DNA of 43,374 nt. It comes from a virus. Lineage: Duplodnaviria; Caudoviricetes. The notes beneath the pieces are model-generated. The model ran no database searches and had not been told where the DNA came from. It saw only the letters and a program-made list of their open reading frames with translations. Each line of letters opens with the position of its first letter. Position 1 is the stretch's first letter. Shown here in pieces: positions 25,737-34,966 of the stretch. The DNA is taken from positions 1 to 43,374 of IMG/VR virus record IMGVR_UViG_3300037470_000442, one strand, 5' to 3'. The position numbers and the translations under genes are program-made.

Positions 25737-25936
25737 ACTACTACGACGACCTCATCAAACACGTCGCTTTCCAGGCGAAGGTCGACGGCTGGCTCGCCAA
25801 CCATCCAACCTGCGAAGCGTGCAGCAGTCGATCAGAGCGAGTGGTGGTCGTCGAGTTCGTGGAGAACGGACTTGAGAAGATCCGACTCGGAACTTTTTGC
25901 CGGAAGCACGATGGCGAGTCCAAGGCCGCGTCGTGA
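25733..25936 (+). CDS. Hypothetical Zn-finger protein
   Basis: CEAC..FCRKH; GTGA coupling. Confidence 0.6.
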   Translation: MNYYDDLIKHVAFQAKVDGWLANHPTCEACSSRSERVVVVEFVENGLEKIRLGTFCRKHDGESKAAS

Positions 25937-26136
25937 GGTCGTGGATTCACGCTCGGGGCTCCACCCGGTATAAGACGACCCGTACCGGCCACTCATACGA
26001 TCTTGCCCTCTGGTGTGACTGCATCCAAGCCGAACTTGACCGTCACTGGCATCTTCTAGGCCAATACCGGTCGGAGCATGAAGCGTTCGCTCGAATGGAT
26101 TTCGATCAGGACGCTCGACGACTGGTCTGCCCGTGA
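25933..26136 (+). CDS. Hypothetical protein
   Basis: GTGA overlaps both sides. Confidence 0.55.
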   Translation: MRSWIHARGSTRYKTTRTGHSYDLALWCDCIQAELDRHWHLLGQYRSEHEAFARMDFDQDARRLVCP

Positions 26137-26246
26137 GAGGACACCCTGTGCTTCGGCTTGTCCTTGTCGGCTTGGTGTTTGTCGCTGCTGTTCTTTTGGG
26201 GCGTCTCATGGTCGCAGCGTTCCTGTTCTTTGGAGCGTTCTCGTGA
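26133..26246 (+). CDS. Small membrane peptide (37 aa, not in ORF track)
   Basis: MRGHPVLRLVLVGLVFVAAVLLGRLMVAAFLFFGAFS; GTGA overlaps both sides. Confidence 0.5.
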   Translation: MRGHPVLRLVLVGLVFVAAVLLGRLMVAAFLFFGAFS

Positions 26247-26545
26247 CTTCGCGTACTTGGGGTATCCGCGCGACTCCTGAGCTTCCTGGATTGTCGTGGC
26301 AGCCAGGAGACCGGAACAGCCATTACATGGAGCTGGTCTTTGCGACTGAACGCGAGGCGGTCAGGTTTCTTTTCGACTGGTGGGATGAGGACACAACACT
26401 GGTCCGACTTGAAATGACGGATGGTGCTGGCCGTGCCGAACCTGTCTCCCTGGTCCGTTCTTCCCCGGCGAGTCTCCCTACGTCCTTGCCGGGGAATTTC
26501 CCGTCTGCACTCGTGGACGCTCTAGACGCAGCGAGAGTCGCATGA
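26243..26545 (+). CDS. Hypothetical protein
   Basis: GGAG RBS, GTGA coupling. Confidence 0.55.
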   Translation: MTSRTWGIRATPELPGLSWQPGDRNSHYMELVFATEREAVRFLFDWWDEDTTLVRLEMTDGAGRAEPVSLVRSSPASLPTSLPGNFPSALVDALDAARVA

Positions 26546-26718
26546 CTGACTACCTGGACGGTATCCCTGTCATCACTGTGGACCGTGGTCCGTTCGCTGC
26601 TCTACGCGCCGCTGAGCAGGCCCGCATGGAACTCGGCCCGCACGTCGAAGTGATGGGCCAGGTCGGCTGGGACCCGATATCTGACACGGTCAGTTTCATC
26701 ATCGAGGAGGATGAATGA
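26542..26718 (+). CDS. Hypothetical protein (58 aa, not in ORF track)
   Basis: MTDYLDGIPV...FIIEEDE; ATGA overlaps both sides. Confidence 0.55.
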   Translation: MTDYLDGIPVITVDRGPFAALRAAEQARMELGPHVEVMGQVGWDPISDTVSFIIEEDE

Positions 26719-26945
26719 GCGAGAAACGACGGGTGCGGTTCACGACCGCCACAACCAAGAATCCGGACACCGGCCAGACCGAACTGCAAGTGCGTGCGGA
26801 AACGCATGAGGGTCAGCGGACTATCACGGCTCAGGGTGCCGACGAGCCGGGTGCACTCCGAGCGTTGAAGGCGAAGCTCGATGAACACCTGACCGGCGCC
26901 GAGTTCAAACGTCAGTATCCGAAGACCGTCGAGGTCGACTGGTGA
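26715..26945 (+). CDS. Hypothetical protein
   Basis: GAGGAGG RBS. Confidence 0.65.
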   Translation: MSEKRRVRFTTATTKNPDTGQTELQVRAETHEGQRTITAQGADEPGALRALKAKLDEHLTGAEFKRQYPKTVEVDW

Positions 26946-27145
26946 GCCTGTTTTCAATTTTCCGGGGACTGCTGCCCCACAGCGATGCGCCTCCGTTCAT
27001 CGCCCTGCCTATCCCAGAAGGCAACACGGTGGCCCTCGGAAACCGTTTGAACCCATACCACGTCTCGCAACTCGACTTGCGGTCGGAGGTTATCGATCTG
27101 ACATCCCGGCGGATGCTCGAAACCGGATGGCCTCCGAGTGCGTGA
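26942..27145 (+). CDS. Hypothetical protein
   Basis: GAGG RBS, GTGA coupling. Confidence 0.5.
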   Translation: MSLFSIFRGLLPHSDAPPFIALPIPEGNTVALGNRLNPYHVSQLDLRSEVIDLTSRRMLETGWPPSA

Positions 27146-27329
27146 CCTGTGCCCTACATGCGGGAACGTTCTGACGGTGGTTGACGCGAGGGACGGCTGG
27201 CTTGCCACCTGCGAACTCGGCCACATCATCGAATTGGACGACGAGTTGGATGTTCCTGTCCGACTGTTCGGCCTGCTGCTGGCTGTCTTGTACCTGCTCG
27301 CCGCCTACGTCGAAACCGGTCCCGTATGA
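27138..27329 (+). CDS. Small Zn-ribbon/TM protein
   Basis: CPTCG..CELGH plus hydrophobic tail. Confidence 0.55.
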   Translation: MRDLCPTCGNVLTVVDARDGWLATCELGHIIELDDELDVPVRLFGLLLAVLYLLAAYVETGPV

Positions 27330-27856
27330 ACCGAGAGGCATTGTGGGCTCTGATACGGAGGACCGCCGATACTCTCGAGTTCGGGGAGCAACCGGTCCTG
27401 GACCTTCCCTCCACCGTGGAAGAGTTGGACGAACTGCGTGCGTTTCTCGCTCCTATCGGCCAGGCCGTCCGTCTCATCGCCGCTCTGTCGTTGGAGGGCA
27501 TGCAACCGTCGTTGGGCTCGAGAGGTTTCGCCAAATTCGGTGAGCGTGTGTATCGGGCGGCTCCTGAGTCGAAGTGGAAACTCCGCGAGGAACGCGCATC
27601 CGAGTTTTGGGAGTGGGTCAACTCCGAAGACGCAGCACGGAGACTCTTTAACCCTAATTCGGCTCGGATTACCGGCCTTAGAGATTTGGGCGACCACTGG
27701 CACAACAGAGAGACGGGTGAGGTCGGTTTCGCAGCGTTCGAAGACTATTTCATGGACGTCGAAACCGGCGCCGTGAAAGTGTCTGAGATGCCTTTGTCGC
27801 GGGCGACCCAGGCTATCCAAAAGGCCGACGACGGGACGGTCGTGAAGCGTGACTGA
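27326..27856 (+). CDS. Hypothetical protein (recombination module)
   Basis: Coupled ORF preceding the Sak-like gene. Confidence 0.65.
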   Translation: MNREALWALIRRTADTLEFGEQPVLDLPSTVEELDELRAFLAPIGQAVRLIAALSLEGMQPSLGSRGFAKFGERVYRAAPESKWKLREERASEFWEWVNSEDAARRLFNPNSARITGLRDLGDHWHNRETGEVGFAAFEDYFMDVETGAVKVSEMPLSRATQAIQKADDGTVVKRD

Positions 27857-28313
27857 CCTTCGCTCTCTCGCAGAGCCCTTCCCTTCGAAGCTCGTGAAGG
27901 CTCCGCCTCAGGGCAAGTTCGGCTCGTACGTGTCTCATTCGACGGTCAACGAACGTGCCCTGTCGATCGTCGGACCGTTCTCCTTCGAAATTGTCGAGGT
28001 GATTCGTGGTCACGCTGACGAGGTCATCGTGAAGAAGGGGAAGTCGGGTGAGAGAGTGTTTCCGGCTCGGGAGGCGATTGTCGGCTGTCTCGCCCGTCTG
28101 ACCGTGACGATAGACGGCCGTGAGACCGTGATTACTGAGGCTGGCGACGTGGAGGGGGCGGCGGCGCAGGAGGACGGGGCGAACCTGAAAGAAGCCTCCG
28201 CAGACGCCTTCAAGAGATGTTTCATGAGGGTGGGTTTAGGTCTCCACCTGTGGTCTGGGCCGGACTATTTCCTTCCGGTCCAACTAGATAAGGCGGTGGA
28301 CGGTGACGTGTGA
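27849..28313 (+). CDS. Rad52/Sak-like single-strand annealing protein
   Basis: LAEPFP, YVSH..V.ER, KEASADAFKRC...GLGLHLW. Confidence 0.8.
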   Translation: MTDLRSLAEPFPSKLVKAPPQGKFGSYVSHSTVNERALSIVGPFSFEIVEVIRGHADEVIVKKGKSGERVFPAREAIVGCLARLTVTIDGRETVITEAGDVEGAAAQEDGANLKEASADAFKRCFMRVGLGLHLWSGPDYFLPVQLDKAVDGDV

Positions 28314-28881
28314 GGCGCCGATCACTAAGGGTCCCAAGAAGGGCCTTGCGGCTACGGGGACGCTGACTGGGCACAACAGGCACTATCGAGCTGGCGAACC
28401 GTCGTGTGGTCCCTGCATGGAAGCAATGGTGTCCTATCAGAGGGACTGGTATGGGTCGAACGCAGAGACCGTAAACGAGAGGGCACGTCTCTGGGAGAAG
28501 GCCAACCCGGAAAAGGTCTCCGAGAAGAACCGTCGCTGCTACGAAGACAATCGACGGAAGCGAGCCGAGGACTTCAAGCGATGGGCCGCAGCTAACCCCG
28601 GCTACAAGCGCAGGCAATACGCGGCCAACCCAGGAACCTACGCCGAAATAGGTCGACGTAGGCGCGCCCGTAAAGCGAGTGTCCTCACTGTCCCCTTCAC
28701 TGCGGCCCAGCTAGCCCAGCGTATGGCCTATTGGGGCGACCGTTGTTGGATGTGCTCTGGCCAGTACGACGAGGTCGACCACGTCATACCCATCGCCCTG
28801 GGTGGCCCCCACTGCCTGTCGAACCTCCGTCCGGCATGTCGCTCGTGCAACGCGTCCAAGGGTGCGAGGCGGGCGTCGTGA
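28303..28881 (+). CDS. HNH endonuclease, paralog 3 of 4
   Basis: CWMC..DHVIPIALGGPHCLSNLRPACRSCN.SKG. Confidence 0.9.
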   Translation: MTCEAPITKGPKKGLAATGTLTGHNRHYRAGEPSCGPCMEAMVSYQRDWYGSNAETVNERARLWEKANPEKVSEKNRRCYEDNRRKRAEDFKRWAAANPGYKRRQYAANPGTYAEIGRRRRARKASVLTVPFTAAQLAQRMAYWGDRCWMCSGQYDEVDHVIPIALGGPHCLSNLRPACRSCNASKGARRAS

Positions 28882-28967
28882 CGGGTTTGGGTCTGCACTT
28901 GTGGTCTCAGGGCGACTATTTCCTGGCGAAACAGTTGGACGCTGACGCGGCGAAGGACCACGCGTGA
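28878..28967 (+). pseudogene. Second copy of Sak-like C-terminus as a 29-codon mini-ORF
   Basis: GLGLHLWSQGDYFLAKQLD vs GLGLHLWSGPDYFLPVQLD. Confidence 0.8.
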
Positions 28968-29143
28968 AGTTCGCACGCAGCAAAGACGGCGCCGTCGTCC
29001 ACCAGGCAACTTGTCGGCACGCCCGTATCCCCTGGAACTGGGCTGACGACAAGCCGTCGTGGGCCGTCGTCGGCTTTGTGGAACGGGCTTCGTGGTTGCG
29101 CCTTTGCCGGGTCTGTTTCTCCGACCAGGAGACTCACGAATGA
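28964..29143 (+). CDS. Small Cys/His protein (59 aa, not in ORF track)
   Basis: VHQATC..CRVC; AAGGA RBS; coupled both sides. Confidence 0.55.
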   Translation: MKFARSKDGAVVHQATCRHARIPWNWADDKPSWAVVGFVERASWLRLCRVCFSDQETHE

Positions 29144-29526
29144 TTCTCTCGGAGGCTGCTGCCGAGGTTCGCCGCCTTTCCGGATTGCTGGATGCTGGTT
29201 TGGAGATTCTCCGTTCGTCCGCCGAAGACGTGGCACTAGCCGAGCAGGCTTACCGGAAGGCCAGAGCGCAAGCGTGGGTGGAGAACACGGAGGGGACTGC
29301 GGGGTTCCGTGAATCTCAAGTAGACGGTCAGACCGCGGGACTCCGGTATAAGCGGGACGTGGCGGAGGGCATGCGACGGGCCGCTCTCGAGAGTGTCCGT
29401 GCTCGTACTACTCAGATTTCGGCGGTTCAGAGCCTCTTAAACGCGCACCGTGCCGAAGCGAATTTCGTCCGGTCGGGTCCTGACTCGTATCAGGAGAACA
29501 GTCATGTTCGAAGGTTTGAAAGTTGA
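29140..29526 (+). CDS. Coiled-coil protein, possibly a recombination mediator
   Basis: AGGAG RBS; all-helical; function is inference. Confidence 0.6.
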   Translation: MILSEAAAEVRRLSGLLDAGLEILRSSAEDVALAEQAYRKARAQAWVENTEGTAGFRESQVDGQTAGLRYKRDVAEGMRRAALESVRARTTQISAVQSLLNAHRAEANFVRSGPDSYQENSHVRRFES

Positions 29527-29891
29527 AGCGGACAACCTCGAAACGGACCTGTTCTATCGACACGTGCAGTGGTGTTCACAGCGCTTTCGGGTATTGCCGG
29601 CCGCACTATCGGCGTATGCGGAAGTACGGCGACCCTCTTGCGGGTACTCCCCCGCGGACTCGGAGACTTTCCCCCCGGATTCTCGACGTGTTGGAAACGG
29701 ATGGTGGATGGTTGACGGCTGAGGGGATAGCTCTGCAATTGGGGGATGGGATTGTCGCAGTTCAAGTGTCTGATGCTCTCTACGACAAGATTTACGACCG
29801 GGTGGAACGGCGGACTATAGGACTGGCTTCGGGTGCCGCGCGGGGTCCGTCCGGCTTCGAGGAGCGGGCCGAATGGCGAGTGAAACCGTGA
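29523..29891 (+). CDS. Zn-finger + winged-helix-like protein, paralog A
   Basis: CSIDTC..GYC..HY; ILDVLETDGGWLT. Confidence 0.65.
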   Translation: MKRTTSKRTCSIDTCSGVHSAFGYCRPHYRRMRKYGDPLAGTPPRTRRLSPRILDVLETDGGWLTAEGIALQLGDGIVAVQVSDALYDKIYDRVERRTIGLASGAARGPSGFEERAEWRVKP

Positions 29892-30244
29892 CCTGCACTC
29901 ACTCTGACCGTCCGGCCGTGGGTCGAGGATTGTGCGGGTCTTGCTACGGCCGGTGGAGGCGCGGCACGACGCCTGCGCCCGTTGGTCGTCGGTTGAACAG
30001 GAACGGCAACCCAGCGCTGATCTTCGATGTATTGGAAACGGATGGCGGATGGCTGACCATTGAAGGAATCGCTCTTGCTCTCCCGTCGATGAAACGCGTG
30101 ACCTTGGAACGGGCATTGTTTCGGCTTCGCGACCGGGGCCTGGTCGTGTCTCGTCGGATGCTTCTGACCACGACGGAATCTCGGTGGGCGAGTATCACAA
30201 CACGGGATGGGGAAGTGTTCCGGACTGAATGGCGGGTCTTCTGA
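29888..30244 (+). CDS. Zn-finger + winged-helix-like protein, paralog B
   Basis: GRGLCGSCY; IFDVLETDGGWLT; ALFRLRDRGLV. Confidence 0.65.
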   Translation: MTCTHSDRPAVGRGLCGSCYGRWRRGTTPAPVGRRLNRNGNPALIFDVLETDGGWLTIEGIALALPSMKRVTLERALFRLRDRGLVVSRRMLLTTTESRWASITTRDGEVFRTEWRVF

Positions 30245-30477
30245 TGTGGCGGGCTCAGGCGGCTTGTCTTGATGTGGACCCTCGCATCTTCCACGACAAG
30301 ACCACGGTGGCCGAAGCGATCGCTGTGTGCAACACCTGCGATTGGTGGGTCGAATGCGCCTTCCTTCGGCAACAGGTCGAGTTTCAGGTGGGTGCTCCTG
30401 CCGTCGGGGTGTGGGGCGGGGTCTTGTGGCTTAAAGACGGCAGTTCGTTGAAGGCGAAAGCGGGCAGCGTCGTATGA
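30244..30477 (+). CDS. whiB: WhiB family transcription factor
   Basis: WR..AAC, C-x2-C-x5-C, GVWGG. Confidence 0.85.
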   Translation: MWRAQAACLDVDPRIFHDKTTVAEAIAVCNTCDWWVECAFLRQQVEFQVGAPAVGVWGGVLWLKDGSSLKAKAGSVV

Positions 30478-32522
30478 GCAAACTCCGCTTGCGTCCACCG
30501 CTGATCACCTTCGAAAGAGTGCGTCTGTCGGCGTTCATCATCGGCTACATCATCCTCGCCGAATCCACCGACCCCCGACCCTATTCGACAACAGCAATGG
30601 CACGGATCATGTACGGCCTGCTCGTCGTGGAAATCGCCCGCCAGTATTGGACATGGCGACTCGAAGTCTCCAAGGGTGCTGTCCTACGTCAAGCGGACTG
30701 GCGGTCCCGCGCCGACGAATGGAAAAGCCGGTTCTCGACGAACGCCCGCTTCCGTATCCGACGGACCCTCACCATTCTCGCCGGACTCTACTTGACGGGA
30801 CTGTTGCTCAATCAGTTCACCGACCGTTGTAACAGCGCAACTCAGTGTGTCATGCTCGCTCCGAGGATGGTCGTCGAACAGATCCCGACGATGCTCCAAG
30901 TCGCCCTCGTCATCGCATTGTCGCTGTTTCAAATGGCAGCCATGTTTTGGGCAATGGTCAAAGTTGGTTTCGTCAAATTCGTATATCCGGGGACGATCCT
31001 CGAATCGTTTGATGACGTGTGGGGTCAGGACGAGGCGAAGGCGAAGATGATGGAGCAGGTCGCCCTCCTCGAGAACGAGTCGACCTTGACGAAGAAGGGC
31101 GGCTATCTCCCGAAGGGTGTGCTCCTCCACGGTCCTCCAGGAACCGGAAAAACGCTCCTGGCGAAAGCCGTGGCGAACGCTTCGACCAAGCCTCTGATCC
31201 TGGTTCCTCCCGGTGCGTTCCAGGCGACGTTCGTGGGAATCAACATTCTGAAAGTGCATGTGCTGTTCCGGTCGATCCGGAAACTGGCAATGCGGTATCA
31301 GGGGGTCATAGTCTTCATCGACGAAATAGACTCTCTCGGGCATCGAGGCGGCGAGGTCAGCGGGATGTCCTCGTGGACGTCCTTCTTCCGTCGGGAACAG
31401 TACGAATTGATCCCTGAGCCTGTTGACGACGGGATCGCATCCTGCACCCGAGCGTCAGCACCAGCGACGGCGTCTCCCCATCCGATCATCGTGACGGGTG
31501 GCGGTCAGATGGGCACTCTCGAATCGTTCCTGTCCGGCATGGACGGCATGGCCGAACCCCGAGGTCTCCTGAACAAGGTCTTGTCGCTGCTCGGATTCAA
31601 GCCGCTTCCACCACCCGAATACCAGTACATGATCATCGGCGCAACAAACCGTCCGAAGGCTATCGACCCTGCGTTGAAGCGGGCTGGCCGGCTTGGACGA
31701 CTCATCTATGTCGGACGGCCAAATTTTGAAGGGAAGCGATGGACTTACAGGGGCTACCTGGCGAAAGTCTCCCACTCGCTCACCGACGCTGATATCGATT
31801 GGGCAGCTCGGAATCATTACAAGGGAACGGGAGCTGAGATCCGTGACATTGTCAACGAAGCGCTCCTGCGGAACATGCGTAATGGTGGGGATGGGACGCT
31901 CGGCCGGGAGGACTTGCAGGCGTCGATGATCGCCGTCAGGTTCGGCGAGTCGGATGGTCTCGCAGAATTGGAGGAGATCCGCCGGGACGTGGCCGTCCAC
32001 GAGGCTGGTCATGCGGTCGTCTTCCACCATCTCTGTCGGGATCGGATGGATATCTGGTTCGCGTCGATTGAGAAGCGTGGAGACACGGGGGGGATGGTGG
32101 CTCCGTCTCCGCATACGGACGACTGGCAGGAACGCCACCGAGAGATGATGGCGGACATTTGCGTGTCGCAGGGGTCGCGGGTCGCCGAACTGCTCATTCT
32201 TGGGGAGGCGTCGAACGGTCATGGTGGCGACGGTCCACATGCGACACAGGTAGCGGAGAAGGTCATCTACTGCGGTCACACGTTCACTGTTGACGACAAG
32301 GGGCGTCCGCAAGGGCAGCTCTCGTCGTATGGGTCGGAACGTGACCCCGAGGAGCTGCACAAACTGAGAGAACAAGTGCTAGCGGAGGCCTGGCAGGAGA
32401 CGTGGACGCTTCTCGAATCCCGCCAGGACCAGATCGAAGCGATTGCGAATCTGCTCGTCGAACACGGCACTTTGAGCGGCGATGTCATCCACCGGACTCT
32501 CGAAGGCATGGAGGCCGCATGA
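30474..32522 (+). CDS. FtsH-like membrane AAA+ metalloprotease
   Basis: N-terminal TM helices, GPPGTGKT, FVG pore loop, IDEID, ATNRP..IDPALKRAGR, HEAGH. Confidence 0.9.
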   Translation: MSKLRLRPPLITFERVRLSAFIIGYIILAESTDPRPYSTTAMARIMYGLLVVEIARQYWTWRLEVSKGAVLRQADWRSRADEWKSRFSTNARFRIRRTLTILAGLYLTGLLLNQFTDRCNSATQCVMLAPRMVVEQIPTMLQVALVIALSLFQMAAMFWAMVKVGFVKFVYPGTILESFDDVWGQDEAKAKMMEQVALLENESTLTKKGGYLPKGVLLHGPPGTGKTLLAKAVANASTKPLILVPPGAFQATFVGINILKVHVLFRSIRKLAMRYQGVIVFIDEIDSLGHRGGEVSGMSSWTSFFRREQYELIPEPVDDGIASCTRASAPATASPHPIIVTGGGQMGTLESFLSGMDGMAEPRGLLNKVLSLLGFKPLPPPEYQYMIIGATNRPKAIDPALKRAGRLGRLIYVGRPNFEGKRWTYRGYLAKVSHSLTDADIDWAARNHYKGTGAEIRDIVNEALLRNMRNGGDGTLGREDLQASMIAVRFGESDGLAELEEIRRDVAVHEAGHAVVFHHLCRDRMDIWFASIEKRGDTGGMVAPSPHTDDWQERHREMMADICVSQGSRVAELLILGEASNGHGGDGPHATQVAEKVIYCGHTFTVDDKGRPQGQLSSYGSERDPEELHKLREQVLAEAWQETWTLLESRQDQIEAIANLLVEHGTLSGDVIHRTLEGMEAA

Positions 32523-33010
32523 GAAAGCTTGGCCTCATAGCTCTGATAGCGATTGCTGGTGGAGCGTTCTACCTGATACGCGACCCCGGCCATGTGCCTC
32601 TTTTCGACGCGAACCTTCAAGTGTTAGCTGAGAGTGAGAGTGAAGGGTACTGCGCAGGGTTGACGTTCTGGTCGAACCGTGGGAAAGGGAACGCGGCGGA
32701 GGCGGCAGCATGCCGGGCTAGTTCTGATCGGAGTACTGAACCTGATCTGGTCCGGGTGCCAGCGTTTTTCTGTATGGCGGTCCGGGAGGCCGGGTTCGCT
32801 GGGACGGTCGACGAATGCTTGGGCATTCTGGACGGGCAGAAGCTCTGGCCGACCCGTGACGGGGATCTGACGTCCTCGTGGTCCCAGTCGGCTCCGTATC
32901 CGGGCGATCTGGCGTTTGTTGTTCCACCTTCGGATTCGAGGACGGGCACCCGTGAAGGATTCGACAGAGGCGACGAAGCACCAACCACTACGACAGGAGA
33001 CCAGGAATGA
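32519..33010 (+). CDS. Membrane-anchored Cys-containing protein
   Basis: N-terminal signal/TM; four Cys; ATGA coupling to FtsH-like gene. Confidence 0.65.
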   Translation: MRKLGLIALIAIAGGAFYLIRDPGHVPLFDANLQVLAESESEGYCAGLTFWSNRGKGNAAEAAACRASSDRSTEPDLVRVPAFFCMAVREAGFAGTVDECLGILDGQKLWPTRDGDLTSSWSQSAPYPGDLAFVVPPSDSRTGTREGFDRGDEAPTTTTGDQE

Positions 33011-33390
33011 GCGTCGAAACGAAGGACATTCTGTTCAAGGCAGCGGAGGACGTACAGCAAGGCATGTGGTGTAAGGGCAGTTGGTTCCACCTTGATGGGA
33101 TGCATTGGGCCAACCCCTTCACCCTGATTGAAGGGGGGGACAACGTAGAGCGAGCAACGGCGTCGGAGAGATGCGCCGAAGGTTCCATCGCTCTCGCCAC
33201 TCGTCTGCTGGGTGGGACAAACGCCGATTTCGAGAAGGCTCGCTACAAGGTCGAAACGCAAATCTCATGTGAAGGACACGCAGGTCGGGCCACTCTCGCC
33301 GAGCACAACGACTACTGCCTTGGCGACGACCCGTTCGAGGCGGGCCAGCAACTAGCGGAGCTCTTCCGCGCGACAGCGGAGGCGCTCTGA
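33007..33390 (+). CDS. Hypothetical protein (DUF6197-like)
   Basis: KAA..WCKG..CAEGSI..HND..LFRATA pattern. Confidence 0.65.
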   Translation: MSVETKDILFKAAEDVQQGMWCKGSWFHLDGMHWANPFTLIEGGDNVERATASERCAEGSIALATRLLGGTNADFEKARYKVETQISCEGHAGRATLAEHNDYCLGDDPFEAGQQLAELFRATAEAL

Positions 33391-34367
33391 TGCTCCAGTC
33401 CTACGGCTTTGAAATCCTCGTTCAGCCTGCTCTCTATGTCGCCGCACTGATCGGAGTGCTGGTGGTCTTGTTGAAAGGCTTCCACCGTGAACCCACCGAG
33501 ATTGACGGGGTGGCTCGGAAGGGACGCAGGGTGTTGGCGGAGGGTGCGAAACGGCGTGCACTCATCGGAGTAGCCGCGGCGGTGGTCATTCTCCCTGCAT
33601 TGGTTATTACCCCTCCCGGGCATAGGGCGGCGATTTACAGCGTGTCCGGGGGTGTCTCCCCCATCGAACGGGATGAAGGTTTGAGCCTGGTGATTCCGTG
33701 GGCGCAGTCAGCGAGAATGGTGAACGTCCGGACGCAAGTGTTCGAGGTCGAGGTCTACCCCCAAAGCTTGGATCTCCAGGAAGTGACCGTGCCTGTAGCG
33801 GTCAACCATCACGTCGACCCGAATCTCGCAGCCGAGCTCTACCAGGACGTCGGTCTGCAATACCAGCAGACGGTCATCGCGCCGGCTGTCTTACAGTTGG
33901 TCACGCAGTCGGTCGGCCAGTTCGCTGCGATCGACTTCGCTCAGAACCGTGCTGCACTCGCCGAAGCGGTCTTCCAGTCTCTCGCGGCTCGCCTGTCCGA
34001 ATACGGGATTGTTGTCGAATCGGTCAACGTGAAGGACGCAGTGTTCGCGCCCGCGTTCATCCAGGCAGTCGAGTCGAAGATTATAGCCGACCAAAAGGCT
34101 GCTGAAGCAGAACGGTTAATCCAGGTCGCCGCGGCGGAGGCCGAGGCCATTCGGAAGCGGGCCGCGGGTGACCGTGACGCCTCAATCCTGAAGGCAGAGG
34201 GAGAACGCAAAGCTATCGAGCAGATCTCTGCTGCGCTCGGGTTCTCCCCGACCCAATATCTGGATTGGGTGTCCCGGTCTCGCTGGGACGGCATCTTACC
34301 CAAGACCGTCGTTGGCGACTCTGCCTCGTCCCTGATCTTCGACGTTGGGCCAGGGACAGCGGAGTGA
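33390..34367 (+). CDS. SPFH/prohibitin (band 7) protein
   Basis: TM helices, PPGHRA, SLDLQEV, AVESK..A.Q.A coiled coil, WDG.LP. Confidence 0.9.
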   Translation: MLQSYGFEILVQPALYVAALIGVLVVLLKGFHREPTEIDGVARKGRRVLAEGAKRRALIGVAAAVVILPALVITPPGHRAAIYSVSGGVSPIERDEGLSLVIPWAQSARMVNVRTQVFEVEVYPQSLDLQEVTVPVAVNHHVDPNLAAELYQDVGLQYQQTVIAPAVLQLVTQSVGQFAAIDFAQNRAALAEAVFQSLAARLSEYGIVVESVNVKDAVFAPAFIQAVESKIIADQKAAEAERLIQVAAAEAEAIRKRAAGDRDASILKAEGERKAIEQISAALGFSPTQYLDWVSRSRWDGILPKTVVGDSASSLIFDVGPGTAE

Positions 34368-34966
34368 ACGCCTGTCAGGCACCCATACGGCAGGGACCAC
34401 GGACCGGACAACCGGCCACTGGTTCCAACGCCGGATACATGCGTCATCATCGGGCGGGCGAACCGGCCTGTTCGGAGTGTCTTGCCGCAGTCACAGCCGC
34501 GGCAAGCGAACGCTACCGGGCCAATCCCGAGACGAAACGGCAACAGTCGGCCAGGCGCTACCGGGCGAACCGAGAGAAGTTAATGGCACAGACCCGACGT
34601 TGGCAGGAGGCCAACCGAGACAAGGTCAACGCCATAGCTCGCAGGTGGAGGGAAGAGCATCCCGAGGAGACTGCTGCAGCCAATCGGCGATTCCGGCAAT
34701 CCCACCCCGAAGCCGTCAGGGAAGCGTCGCGCATTCGCCGCGCTCGAAAGGCTGCTGCTCTCACCATCTCATTCACTCCGGAGCAACTTGCCGACCGCAT
34801 GGCCGTTTGGGGCAACCAGTGTTGGATGTGTGGCGGTGCTTACGAGGAAATCGATCACGTCATTCCCATCGCGCTTGGTGGACCCCACTGCCTGTCGAAC
34901 CTGAGGCCCGCGTGCCGTTCATGTAACGCGTCGAAGGGCGCTCGTCCGTTGTCGGCGATCGCATGA
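34364..34966 (+). CDS. HNH endonuclease, paralog 4 of 4
   Basis: CWMC..DHVIPIALGGPHCLSNLRPACRSCN.SKG. Confidence 0.9.
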   Translation: MNACQAPIRQGPRTGQPATGSNAGYMRHHRAGEPACSECLAAVTAAASERYRANPETKRQQSARRYRANREKLMAQTRRWQEANRDKVNAIARRWREEHPEETAAANRRFRQSHPEAVREASRIRRARKAAALTISFTPEQLADRMAVWGNQCWMCGGAYEEIDHVIPIALGGPHCLSNLRPACRSCNASKGARPLSAIA

